A stretch of DNA of 32,000 nucleotides from assembly GCA_942493095.1 (NCBI GenBank), contig OW818675.1, positions 1,770,001-1,802,000 on the forward strand, written 5' to 3'. This document shows, piece after piece, positions 18,178 through 26,159 of the stretch. The notes below the pieces were generated by a model. That model searched no databases. It was not told the origin of the DNA and was given only the letters and a program-made list of their open reading frames with translations. Origin of the DNA: Candidatus Electronema halotolerans. Its GTDB lineage: Bacteria; Desulfobacterota; Desulfobulbia; Desulfobulbales; Desulfobulbaceae. Position 1 is the first letter of the stretch. Every line of letters starts with the position of its first letter. The position numbers and the translations under genes were made by a program.

Positions 18178-18582
18178 TTATAAACAAATAAAACTAATGA
18201 CAATAGACAGTGTTATAGAAAATAATATAACCCCATGAAAAGCAATTATCGTTTTTGAAGTTGTCACAGACAACCAAGAGTCTATTCTCTCTCTATCGCA
18301 AGAGATTTTCATAGAGAAATCTATTTCTTCCTCGGACATCATGCGAACATGTTCATAAATTTTTCTAAATATTCTTTCTTCATACAAAAAATATCCATCA
18401 AGCCCCCAGAAAACTAACGCTGGAAAATAAGAAATAACTAAAAACGAATATTTGCCTCCTTTTGCAAAGGCAAATATTGCAGAAATGAGAACAATGCTCC
18501 ATCCCTTCAATAAAAAGGAATTGGTGGAAAGTCTGTTAATTACTCCTTGAATCATCTGTAAATGAGCTATTTTGTTTGACAT
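18178..18582 (-). CDS. Small membrane protein with about three predicted TM helices, partner of the 16087..18156 gene
   Basis: FLLKGWSIVLISAIFAFA, YSFLVISYFPALVFWGLDGYFLYEERIFRKIYEHV and IIAFHGVILFSITLSIVISFICL are hydrophobic segments. ATG 18582 has agagga upstream, and the gene ends about 21 bp before the downstream gene start. Confidence 0.75.
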   Translation of the reverse strand: MSNKIAHLQMIQGVINRLSTNSFLLKGWSIVLISAIFAFAKGGKYSFLVISYFPALVFWGLDGYFLYEERIFRKIYEHVRMMSEEEIDFSMKISCDRERIDSWLSVTTSKTIIAFHGVILFSITLSIVISFICL

Positions 18583-18676
18583 GCAGCTATCCTCTTTTTG
18601 TGGTTGAATATTTAACGATAATACCTCATTCATTGGCACTGCTCAATACCTGCTTTGTATAAAATTTTGATTCATT

Positions 18677-18811
18677 TCAAAATTTAACATCATAGAGAAA
18701 AACCGGCCATCTTCGCAACTGCAATTTTTTACCCAGTTTAACACCTCTTTCCTGCAAAGCCTGATAAATTTGGTCAGGAATTTGTAAGTTTTTGCTGGAC
18801 GATATTTTCAC
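18677..18811 (-). CDS. 44-aa mini-ORF with an AbrB/MazE-like N-terminal pattern, possibly truncated
   Basis: My reading of the minus strand gives VKISSSKNLQIPDQIYQALQERGVKLGKKLQLRRWPVFLYDVKF*, starting at GTG 18811. It overlaps the upstream stop by 4 nt (GTGA). It is below the length cut of the provided ORF track. Confidence 0.4.
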   Translation of the reverse strand: MKISSSKNLQIPDQIYQALQERGVKLGKKLQLRRWPVFLYDVKF

Positions 18812-19311
18812 TGCATCAGCTTCTTGGGTCTGAGAAATACCGCCAAGTCAGCAGCCCCTTCAGCAAGTTCCCGCCAGAGGCATTCTTTCTTAATGACAAG
18901 CTGCACATAGCCGCAAGTGGGAATATTGTTCACTGCGCTGCCGCTGAGTTGATTGCAGAAATCTGTCAAAGCCTGATTGTGCCCGACAAGCAGCGGCTCG
19001 TGTGTCGACTCATCAAGCACTCTGCACCAATCCCAGATTGCCTTGCTCTCAAAGGTGTAAAGCTGCTCCACAGTCTGCCACTGCACCGCCGCTCCCGGCA
19101 ACCTGCTGCTGAGAAGCTCTATGGTTGCCTGCGCCCTGACCGCCGGGCTGCAAAAGACCTGCGCAAAACAGCAGCAGCCTGCCTCAGCAATATGCTGGGC
19201 CATGAAACCGCAGGTCTTCCTGCCGCGCTCATTCAGCGGCCTGTCAATATCCGCCAGCGAGGCATCCTCCCAACTTGACTTGGCATGACGCAGCAGATGA
19301 ATTTTCTTCAT
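18808..19311 (-). CDS. sixA: SixA-like phosphohistidine phosphatase (histidine phosphatase superfamily)
   Basis: MKKIHLLRHAKSSWEDASLADIDRPLNERGRK (RHxKS motif), FCSPAVRAQATIELL, EPLLVGHNQALTDFCNQLSG. Confidence 0.85.
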   Translation of the reverse strand: MKKIHLLRHAKSSWEDASLADIDRPLNERGRKTCGFMAQHIAEAGCCCFAQVFCSPAVRAQATIELLSSRLPGAAVQWQTVEQLYTFESKAIWDWCRVLDESTHEPLLVGHNQALTDFCNQLSGSAVNNIPTCGYVQLVIKKECLWRELAEGAADLAVFLRPKKLMQ

Positions 19312-19652
19312 GAATGCACTTTTTCCTCCTCCAGTCCTTGGCTGGTGCGCACAAACCAAGGCCGGGCAACTGCGTCAATATGAGCACGGAGCGGCGGATA
19401 TTTGATGCTGGCATAACTTTGCACATCTACTGAAAAAGGCAGGCAGCTTTCCTGAAACAAAGTCCAAAGACGGTCACATACTGCCTCATCAGCACTACCA
19501 TAGAGCACCAAATCCAGATCAGAATTATGTCGCTGGCGGCCCTGCGCACGTGAACCGAACACCGCCACCTGTTCAATGCGATCTTTCGCTGTAAGCAGAA
19601 TCTCCCGAACCAGTGCCCGCTGTGCCTTATTCAGACCAAAAGCATCGCTCAT
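19308..19652 (-). CDS. MNT-type minimal nucleotidyltransferase (MntA-like antitoxin)
   Basis: AVFGSRAQGRQRHNSDLDLVLYG (GSxx...DxD nucleotidyltransferase motif) and VDVQSYASI. ATGA overlap with both neighbours. Confidence 0.85.
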   Translation of the reverse strand: MSDAFGLNKAQRALVREILLTAKDRIEQVAVFGSRAQGRQRHNSDLDLVLYGSADEAVCDRLWTLFQESCLPFSVDVQSYASIKYPPLRAHIDAVARPWFVRTSQGLEEEKVHS

Positions 19653-20101
19653 AGCTCGCCTACTTCAATGCGCCGCACCAGCAAAAACTCGTGCAATTCA
19701 GTAAAGGCTGCCAGATAACTGCTGCGAATATCAGCAATCACCCGTTCAAAGGTCTCAAAGCTGTAGGTGTGCGACATGCGATTGCGGGCATCCAAGGCGT
19801 TCTGCCATGCCTCGCCCTGCTGGATGATGCCTGCCTCGAATGCTTGACGGATTACCGTGCGCGGCGTGATCTGGTTAAACACCACATTCTCGCTTTCCAG
19901 ATAATCCTTCAAGGTTTTCCAAGCAAGCTCCATCGTGTATTCAAACCGCTGAATCACGCCTTCCTTTTCTAATTGCGTCAACGGCTTTTCTTGTTCAACT
20001 GCCTCGCGCAGCAACGTGAAAGCGCGGCTGTAATTGTCAAATCGATACTGCCAGCGAGGAGTCGGGTCGGTCATGGAATCTGCTAAATTTAAATGTTTCA
20101 A
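19649..20101 (-). CDS. HEPN-like nucleotidyltransferase substrate-binding protein (HI0074-type; putative RNase toxin)
   Basis: FEYTMELAWKTLKDYL, TPRTVIRQAFEAGII and NALDARNRMSHTY, containing the HEPN Rx4H signature RNRMSH. The start could also be ATG 20074. Confidence 0.85.
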   Translation of the reverse strand: MKHLNLADSMTDPTPRWQYRFDNYSRAFTLLREAVEQEKPLTQLEKEGVIQRFEYTMELAWKTLKDYLESENVVFNQITPRTVIRQAFEAGIIQQGEAWQNALDARNRMSHTYSFETFERVIADIRSSYLAAFTELHEFLLVRRIEVGEL

Positions 20102-20108
20102 AAGGTAT

Positions 20109-20852
20109 TTAATATTCAGTTGTCTCAGGAGAGTGCGAAGATAAAGTTGGCAATTCTAAATTTTTTGGTTTCATTCCAGCCACATGTAAGGCAATCTGCG
20201 CCTTTACTACGCTACGAATCTTAACATCTTCAATAGAAGCTACAACTGTTTCCGCACGTTCCAACTGTCGGTCATTTCGTAACCTATCATATAATTCAGT
20301 TGCTCTTTGCCGTGTCTGTTCTGCTTGTTTAAAGAAAAGAAATGCAACTGCATCAATTACTGCGCCAGGCAGTATTTTTATATATTCAACAAAATTTTTA
20401 TGATCAATACCAAGAGAAAAAAACAGTATCAATGCAAAACCAATTGTTGCAGCAGTTACACTAAACCAAAACTGAAACTTTGCCTGCGAAAGTGCTTGGC
20501 TATGATAATTATTTACTAATTTTTCTGCAAAACCGTTATTCTCGTCTGCTAATTGATGTATATGGATACCTCCATGCACTCTCAAACTACTTTGAAATTT
20601 TTTTTCAAATTCTTTAATATCGAGACCGTCAGGTAGTTTTTTGGCAATTTCCTCCAGTGCTCGTAATTTGGCCTCTTCTGTTTGTAAAAATGCTGTTTTT
20701 GCAATTTTACTTATATTTTCTTTTTCTAAATTATCTTCCTTGGATTTCTTTTTCGCCAAAAAAGATAAAATGAATCCGGCAATTATGGATAAAATCCCTA
20801 ATAATAGACCTGAAGACAAACCTGATACTACTACTATTTCGTCTATTGACAT
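20109..20852 (-). CDS. 2-TM membrane protein resembling the TRADD-N-associated membrane domain family; coiled/cytoplasmic N-terminal part
   Basis: YHSQALSQAKFQFWFSVTAATIGFALILFFSLG...PGAVIDAVAFLFFKQAEQTRQRATELYDRLRNDRQLERAETVVASI. Hydrophobic N-terminal helix VVVSGLSSGLLLGILSIIAGFILSFLA. Confidence 0.65.
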   Translation of the reverse strand: MSIDEIVVVSGLSSGLLLGILSIIAGFILSFLAKKKSKEDNLEKENISKIAKTAFLQTEEAKLRALEEIAKKLPDGLDIKEFEKKFQSSLRVHGGIHIHQLADENNGFAEKLVNNYHSQALSQAKFQFWFSVTAATIGFALILFFSLGIDHKNFVEYIKILPGAVIDAVAFLFFKQAEQTRQRATELYDRLRNDRQLERAETVVASIEDVKIRSVVKAQIALHVAGMKPKNLELPTLSSHSPETTEY

Positions 20853-20872
20853 TATTTATTTTTTCATGTACA

Positions 20873-20992
20873 TCAGTGCATATCTGCTTCGCTTTTCAAA
20901 ATCTCAAGATCATCAAACGACAGACAATCCCACAGTATTTCATTGGTAATCTCCAATCCGTTAAGTATGAACAGATGAGTTGAAATATTCAT
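20873..20992 (-). CDS. 39-aa mini-ORF coupled to the DUF1844 gene, unknown function
   Basis: My reading: MNISTHLFILNGLEITNEILWDCLSFDDLEILKSEADMH*. ATGA overlap with the stop of the DUF1844 ORF (20989). Confidence 0.3.
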   Translation of the reverse strand: MNISTHLFILNGLEITNEILWDCLSFDDLEILKSEADMH

Positions 20993-21333
20993 AATTCCGC
21001 AGATTGTCTCTCCCTCTTCATTCTGATAAACCGCATCTTCAGCTCATAGACTATCCGGCTGATCAGCTCCTGCTCCTCATTGTTGAGATTGCCCTTGGTT
21101 TTCTCCTCCAGCATGGCCAAGGTGTCAATCGAATGCCGGGCCAGCTCCATGTCCAGCACCTTCTGCCCGGTCTCAGGATGAGGAATGTCGCCAAGATGAA
21201 ACAGGGCGGTGGTGTTGAGCGAGAGGATGAAAGAAATAAAGGAAACCTCCGGCATGACGCACTCGCCCTTCCTGTTCCGCACCTGACCTTCAGGACATCC
21301 GCAATCGTTCTTCTGCTCGCTCATTATGTTCAC
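20989..21333 (-). CDS. DUF1844 family protein
   Basis: PEVSFISFILSLNTTALFHLGDIPHPETGQKVLDMELARHSIDTLAMLEEKTKGNLNNEEQELI. Confidence 0.8.
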   Translation of the reverse strand: MNIMSEQKNDCGCPEGQVRNRKGECVMPEVSFISFILSLNTTALFHLGDIPHPETGQKVLDMELARHSIDTLAMLEEKTKGNLNNEEQELISRIVYELKMRFIRMKRERQSAEL

Positions 21334-21348
21334 CGCCCTGTTTGTTGT

Positions 21349-22947
21349 TTAAGACTTGTACGCAGGCAGGCTCAGGGCCATTGCATTATCAACATGCTCC
21401 AGCTCCAGCACCTTAGTCAGCAGCTCTTTGTTCACCGGCTGATCCGTGTTGAGGAGAATGACATTCTGCTTGGAGCTTTCCTCGCGGCCCACCGTCATTC
21501 GCGAAATATTCACCCCTGCCGCGCCGATGGTTGTGCCCAGCGCGCCGATCACGCCGGGAATATCCTTGTTATAAACCAACAGCATCGGCCCGGCAAGCAG
21601 AGCTTCCAGACAGAAGGAGTTGAGGCGCACCAGACGCGGTTCCTTGGTGCCGAAGACCGTGCCTGCAAGCACATTCTCGCCTTCCGTGGTTTTGACCGTG
21701 ATCCGCACCAAGCTGGTGAAATCTGAGCTGCATGTGCTCTTGGACTCAATCACCTTGATGCCGCGTTCCTTGGCGATCAGCGGGGCATTGACAAAGTTGA
21801 CCGCATCCTGAAGAATCGGAGTGAACAGCCCTTTGAGAAAGGCCACAGTCACGGGGCTGACATGCTGCTCGGCAACATCGCCGCTGTATTCCAAGGCCAC
21901 TTCCTGCACCCCGCCCTTGGAAATCTGCATGTGCAGGGAGCCGAGCATCTCGCCCAAGGTGATGTAGGGGCCGATTTTGGCCAAAACCTCGTCGCTGACT
22001 GACGGCACATTGACCGCGTTGCGCACCGCGCCGGTGAGCAGGTAATCCGCCATCTGCTCGGCAATGGCCGCAGCCACGTTCTCCTGCGCCTCAGAGGTTG
22101 ATGCGCCCAGATGCGGGGTGCAGATGAAGTTGTGCAGGCCGATCAGCGGCGTGGTCTCCACGGTGGCAGGTTCCTTCTCAAACACATCCAAGGCTGCCCC
22201 GGCAATCCGGCCTTCCTTGAGGGCCGCATGGAGAGCCTCCTCATCCACAACCCCGCCACGGGCGCAGTCAATGAACATGGCCTCCTTTTTCATGGCCCCG
22301 AAAAACTCAGTCGAGAGCATGTGCCGGTTGTCCTTGGTCAGCGGCGTGTGCACGGAGATGAAGTCAGCCCGCTTGGCCAGCTCCAGCAGCTCAACCCGCT
22401 CCACGCCCAGCTGCTCGACCAATTCCTCCGGCATGAAGGGATCAAAGGCAATGACCTTCATCTTCAGGCCCTGCGCCCGGCTGGCGACAATTGAGCCGAT
22501 CCGGCCTATGCCGACAATGCCTAGGGTCTTGCCGGTCAGTTCCCGGCCCATGAAGCTCTTCTTCTCCCACTTGCCCGCCTTCATCGAGGCAGTGGCTTGG
22601 GGAATGTTGCGGGCCAAGGAGGTCATCATGGCAATGGCGTGCTCGGCAGCAGTGACCGCATTGCCGTCCGGCGCGTTCATGACCACAATGCCCTTGGCGC
22701 TGGCTGCCGGAATATCGACATTATCCAGGCCGATGCCCGCCCTGCCGATCACCTTGAGCTTGGTGCCCGCCTCAATGATGTCGGCCCGCGCCTTGGTCGC
22801 GCTGCGGATCACCAGACCGTCATAATCGGCGATAATTGCTTTCAATTCCTCCGGCGGCAGGCCGGTTTTCACATCCACTTCCAGCCCCGCCTCCCTGAGT
22901 ATCTTTTCTCCAACAGAAGCGAGATTGTCGCTGATCAGCACTTTCAT
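21349..22947 (-). CDS. serA: D-3-phosphoglycerate dehydrogenase (with ACT domain)
   Basis: MKVLISDNLASVGEKIL, GKTLGIVGIGRIGSIVASRAQGLKMKVIAFDPF, FICTPHLGASTSEAQENVA, and a C-terminal ACT-like NKDIPGVIGALGTTIGAAGVNISRMTVGRE. ATG 22947 is preferred over the ORF-track start at 23010. Confidence 0.92.
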   Translation of the reverse strand: MKVLISDNLASVGEKILREAGLEVDVKTGLPPEELKAIIADYDGLVIRSATKARADIIEAGTKLKVIGRAGIGLDNVDIPAASAKGIVVMNAPDGNAVTAAEHAIAMMTSLARNIPQATASMKAGKWEKKSFMGRELTGKTLGIVGIGRIGSIVASRAQGLKMKVIAFDPFMPEELVEQLGVERVELLELAKRADFISVHTPLTKDNRHMLSTEFFGAMKKEAMFIDCARGGVVDEEALHAALKEGRIAGAALDVFEKEPATVETTPLIGLHNFICTPHLGASTSEAQENVAAAIAEQMADYLLTGAVRNAVNVPSVSDEVLAKIGPYITLGEMLGSLHMQISKGGVQEVALEYSGDVAEQHVSPVTVAFLKGLFTPILQDAVNFVNAPLIAKERGIKVIESKSTCSSDFTSLVRITVKTTEGENVLAGTVFGTKEPRLVRLNSFCLEALLAGPMLLVYNKDIPGVIGALGTTIGAAGVNISRMTVGREESSKQNVILLNTDQPVNKELLTKVLELEHVDNAMALSLPAYKS

Positions 22948-23131
22948 GATTTTCCTCTTTCCAGTTCGTTCTATTCGGGACAGTATGTAAAACTGTTGAT
23001 TTTTCCTCACAAAGCAAGCACTATAACGGGATTCGCCCCTGCCGACAACTGCAAAAATGTATGACAGGGCTTTTCAGCGCATGAAGCATGTCAGAGCTTA
23101 TTCCTACAGCGTGGGGGCTGCCGGAAGCCGC

Positions 23132-23971
23132 TCAGGCAGTCAGCCTGCTGAAGCCCAGACTGAGCAGATAGACAGCCGTGGCCAGCAGGATGATTACGGA
23201 GCCACTGGGCAGGTTGAGGTAAAAGCTTACCCCCAGCCCGACCGTGATGCAGACCGCGCAGACTGCAGTGGCCAGCAGCATCATCTGGCGGATGCTGGCG
23301 GCAAAGCTGCCTGCAATCGCCGCTGGCAGGGTCAGCAGGGCAATGACCATGATGATGCCGACAATCCGAATCAGGAGGACAATGGTCAGAGCGGTAAGGC
23401 AGAGCAGGAGCAGATGCAGCCACTGGGTGCGCACCCCGCGAAGCTGGGCATATTCCTCGTCAAAGCAGAGGGCGAGCAGCTTGTTGTAAAAGATGACGAC
23501 CACGGCCAGAATCACTGCGTCCAGCCCGGCGACAAAATAAATATCCTGCCTGCTGATCAGGAGGATGTTGCCGAACAGATAGGACATCGGGTCAAAATAG
23601 CCCGGTGTTTTGGCGATGAAGAGATAGCCGAGCGACATGCCGCCCGCCCAGAGCGCGCCGATGATCGAGTCTTCCCGCTGCCCGGCATGGCGGCTGACCT
23701 GGGCGAGAATCACCGCTGAAAGCAGGGCCACGATCACTGCTCCGTGCATGGGCGTGAACCAGGAAATTCCTGTCACAGTTTGCAGATACAGGCCTAAACC
23801 GATGCCTGCCAGAATGCAGTGGGAGATGGCCCCGGCCAAGTAGCTGATCCGCCGCACCACGACAAAGGTGCCGATAATGCCAAAGGAAATTGAGGAGAGC
23901 AGGCCGACCAGCAGGCCGTAGCGGAGAAAGGGCAGGTCAGGGTCGGTCAGGGCGGCAAGCAGCTCAGTCAT
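23132..23971 (-). CDS. znuB: ZnuB-like metal ABC transporter permease
   Basis: YGLLVGLLSSISFGIIGTFVVVRRISYLAGAISHCILAGIG, FGNILLISRQDIYF, LLTLPAAIAGSFAASIRQMML. Typical ABC-3 family. Confidence 0.85.
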   Translation of the reverse strand: MTELLAALTDPDLPFLRYGLLVGLLSSISFGIIGTFVVVRRISYLAGAISHCILAGIGLGLYLQTVTGISWFTPMHGAVIVALLSAVILAQVSRHAGQREDSIIGALWAGGMSLGYLFIAKTPGYFDPMSYLFGNILLISRQDIYFVAGLDAVILAVVVIFYNKLLALCFDEEYAQLRGVRTQWLHLLLLCLTALTIVLLIRIVGIIMVIALLTLPAAIAGSFAASIRQMMLLATAVCAVCITVGLGVSFYLNLPSGSVIILLATAVYLLSLGFSRLTA

Positions 23972-24722
23972 GTTCGTGGCCCTCAGGGCAGCAGCGGTGG
24001 TCGTGCCGGATCATGCGCAGCTCGCCGCCGTACATCTCTTGGATCAGCTCACCGGTCAGCTCGCTGGTCGGATGGACATAGACCTTGTTGTTGACGCAGA
24101 TAATCCGCTTGAAAAAAGTTGAGGAAAAGCCGACTTCGTGCGTCACCATCAGAACAATCATCTTCTGGTTCAGCTCGGCCAGCAGGGTGAGAAGCTGCTG
24201 CTCAGACTCGCGGTCCAAGCTGGCAGTGGGTTCATCAAGAATGAGGATGTCGCCGCCCGAAGCCAAGGCGCGGGCAATCAGCACCCGCTGCCGCTGCCCG
24301 CCGGACAGGGCGGCAAAGGGCCGCTTGGCCAAGTCAGCCAGCCGCACTGAGGCCAGCGCATCAAGGGACAGCTGCCTGTCTTCCTTGCTGTATCTGCCGC
24401 TGAAGCTGCGGCCAAGCCGGGCCATGCAGACCACGTCCAAGGCTGAGATGGGAAAGCAGGCATCGTAACGGGCATATTGGGGCACATAGCCGATCCGGGT
24501 CCGTGCCTCTGCCGGTGCTCGGCCAAAAACGCGGATGCTGCCGCTGCTCGGACTGAGCAGGCCGAGAATCAGCTTGACCAGCGTGGTCTTGCCGCCGCCA
24601 TTCGGCCCGACAATGCAGGCTGAATCCAAAGGCCAGACCGTCAGGCAGACATCAGTCAGCACCGGCATGTCGCTGCTGTAGGCAAAGCTGAGGCCCTCTA
24701 TTTCGATGGCCGCTTCTTTCAC
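23964..24722 (-). CDS. znuC: ZnuC-like metal ABC transporter ATP-binding protein
   Basis: Walker A GPNGGGKTTL, signature LSGGQRQRVLIARAL, Walker B DILILDEPTASLD. The start is probably GTG 24722, overlapping the uma2 stop as GTGA. Confidence 0.85.
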   Translation of the reverse strand: MKEAAIEIEGLSFAYSSDMPVLTDVCLTVWPLDSACIVGPNGGGKTTLVKLILGLLSPSSGSIRVFGRAPAEARTRIGYVPQYARYDACFPISALDVVCMARLGRSFSGRYSKEDRQLSLDALASVRLADLAKRPFAALSGGQRQRVLIARALASGGDILILDEPTASLDRESEQQLLTLLAELNQKMIVLMVTHEVGFSSTFFKRIICVNNKVYVHPTSELTGELIQEMYGGELRMIRHDHRCCPEGHEHD

Positions 24723-25195
24723 AACTGAATCTGCGGCGGAAAATCCGGCACCAAAGACGAGGCTGGCTGCTCGCCCCGTGCCGTGAAGAAGCGCAGCCCG
24801 CCCTGTTCCGAGCAAATCCAGACTTCCTTGGCCCCCTGTTCAAAGTAGAGCTTTCGTTTCTCCCGCATCTCCTCGTCCGTGTTGCTGGCCGAAACAACCT
24901 CAATGCAGATTTCCGGGCAGACAGAGCAGGCGGCCTCATGCTTGATCTTGGCAAAGATTGCGTCAGAGACCCAGACCACATCCGCCACCCGCACCCCTTT
25001 GCCTGTTTGAATGGCGCATTCCGGCAGGGTCTTGCCTGTGCGCAGCAGCGTGCGAAGGAGAAATTCCACTTCCCCCTGCAAGGCGGCATGATAAATTTTC
25101 ACCGGAGTCATGAGCACCTTTCCCTCTTCATTCAGCTCGATTTTGAACGGCAAATCTTGCAGACTTGGATGTTCGCACACTTCCTGCCAGTTCAT
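24719..25195 (-). CDS. Uma2 family (DUF820) PD-(D/E)XK nuclease-like protein
   Basis: VRVADVVWVSDAIFAKIKHEAACSVCPEICIEVVSASNTDEEMREKRKLYFEQGAKEVWICSEQGGLRFF. Confidence 0.8.
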   Translation of the reverse strand: MNWQEVCEHPSLQDLPFKIELNEEGKVLMTPVKIYHAALQGEVEFLLRTLLRTGKTLPECAIQTGKGVRVADVVWVSDAIFAKIKHEAACSVCPEICIEVVSASNTDEEMREKRKLYFEQGAKEVWICSEQGGLRFFTARGEQPASSLVPDFPPQIQL

Positions 25196-25209
25196 GGTTC
25201 ACCTTCAGT

Positions 25210-26076
25210 TCAATTGCCGCCCAAGGCCGAGCTGATCTGTTCGGCCATGAGGCGCAGGTTTTCCGGCACATTTTCCGCCAAGGGATCAAGCGCAGCTGCC
25301 TTGCCGCCAATGGCTTGGGCAATGGTCTCCGCGTTTTTACGATCAAACTGCGGCTGAACAAAGATCACCTTGACTTTTTCTTTTTTTGCCTTGGCGATCA
25401 GGGCGTAAAGCTGTCTGGGCGCAGGCGATTTTCCTTCGATTTCCACCGCCTCCTGGCGCAGGCCGTAAGCATGGGCAAAATAGCCGAAGGCCGGGTGGAA
25501 GACGAGAAAGCTCTGGCCCTTGAACGGAGCCAGCTTCTTGCTGATTGCTTCATGCAACGCCCGCAGCTCTTTTGAGACCGCTTGCAGATTCTCCTGATAC
25601 ACAGCCGCATTGGCCGGGTCAGCGGCTGCCAAGGCCTCTGCCATGACAGCCGCCATTTTTTGCAGATTCTGCGGATCAAGCCAGACATGCGGATCAAGGC
25701 CGCCGTGCTCATGCTCGTGGTCATGATCCGCATGGTCGGTCATGGGAATTTTCCTGATGCCAGCCGCAGTGTTCACAATCTGCACATTGCTTTCAGCCTG
25801 TTCCACTTTGGCTAACAGGCCGCGCTCAAACTCCAGGCCAATGGCAAAATAGAGCCGGGCGCGAAACAGGGCAGTGACCTGCTCCGGGGTCGGCTCCATG
25901 CCGTGCGGCTCCTGGCCTTTGTCCAACAGAGCAGTGACATGAACCCTGTCACCGCCGACCTGCTCGGCCAGCCATTTCTGCGGCAGGATGGAGACTAACA
26001 CAGGCAGAGGTTCAGCACAGGCCGCAGGCGCGGCCAGCATGGTGAGCAGAAAAACGGCAAACAGTTTTTGGAGCAT
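25210..26076 (-). CDS. znuA: ZnuA-like zinc/metal ABC transporter substrate-binding protein
   Basis: Signal peptide MLQKLFAVFLLTMLAAPAACAE, PHGMEPTPEQV, His-rich loop DHADHDHEHEHGGLDPHVWLDPQN, and FHPAFGYFAHAYGL. Confidence 0.88.
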   Translation of the reverse strand: MLQKLFAVFLLTMLAAPAACAEPLPVLVSILPQKWLAEQVGGDRVHVTALLDKGQEPHGMEPTPEQVTALFRARLYFAIGLEFERGLLAKVEQAESNVQIVNTAAGIRKIPMTDHADHDHEHEHGGLDPHVWLDPQNLQKMAAVMAEALAAADPANAAVYQENLQAVSKELRALHEAISKKLAPFKGQSFLVFHPAFGYFAHAYGLRQEAVEIEGKSPAPRQLYALIAKAKKEKVKVIFVQPQFDRKNAETIAQAIGGKAAALDPLAENVPENLRLMAEQISSALGGN

Positions 26077-26159
26077 TTTTTCCTCCGGCGTTCTTGGTGC
26101 AAGTTTGTTTACAGATTTTGTACAGAAATTGCCAACAACTTGCAACCATTACTTTCCCG

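Noticed and set aside
22064-22825. 253-aa plus-strand ORF opposite serA
   Set aside because: It is a Ser/Met/Arg-rich shadow ORF of a strongly supported serA gene.
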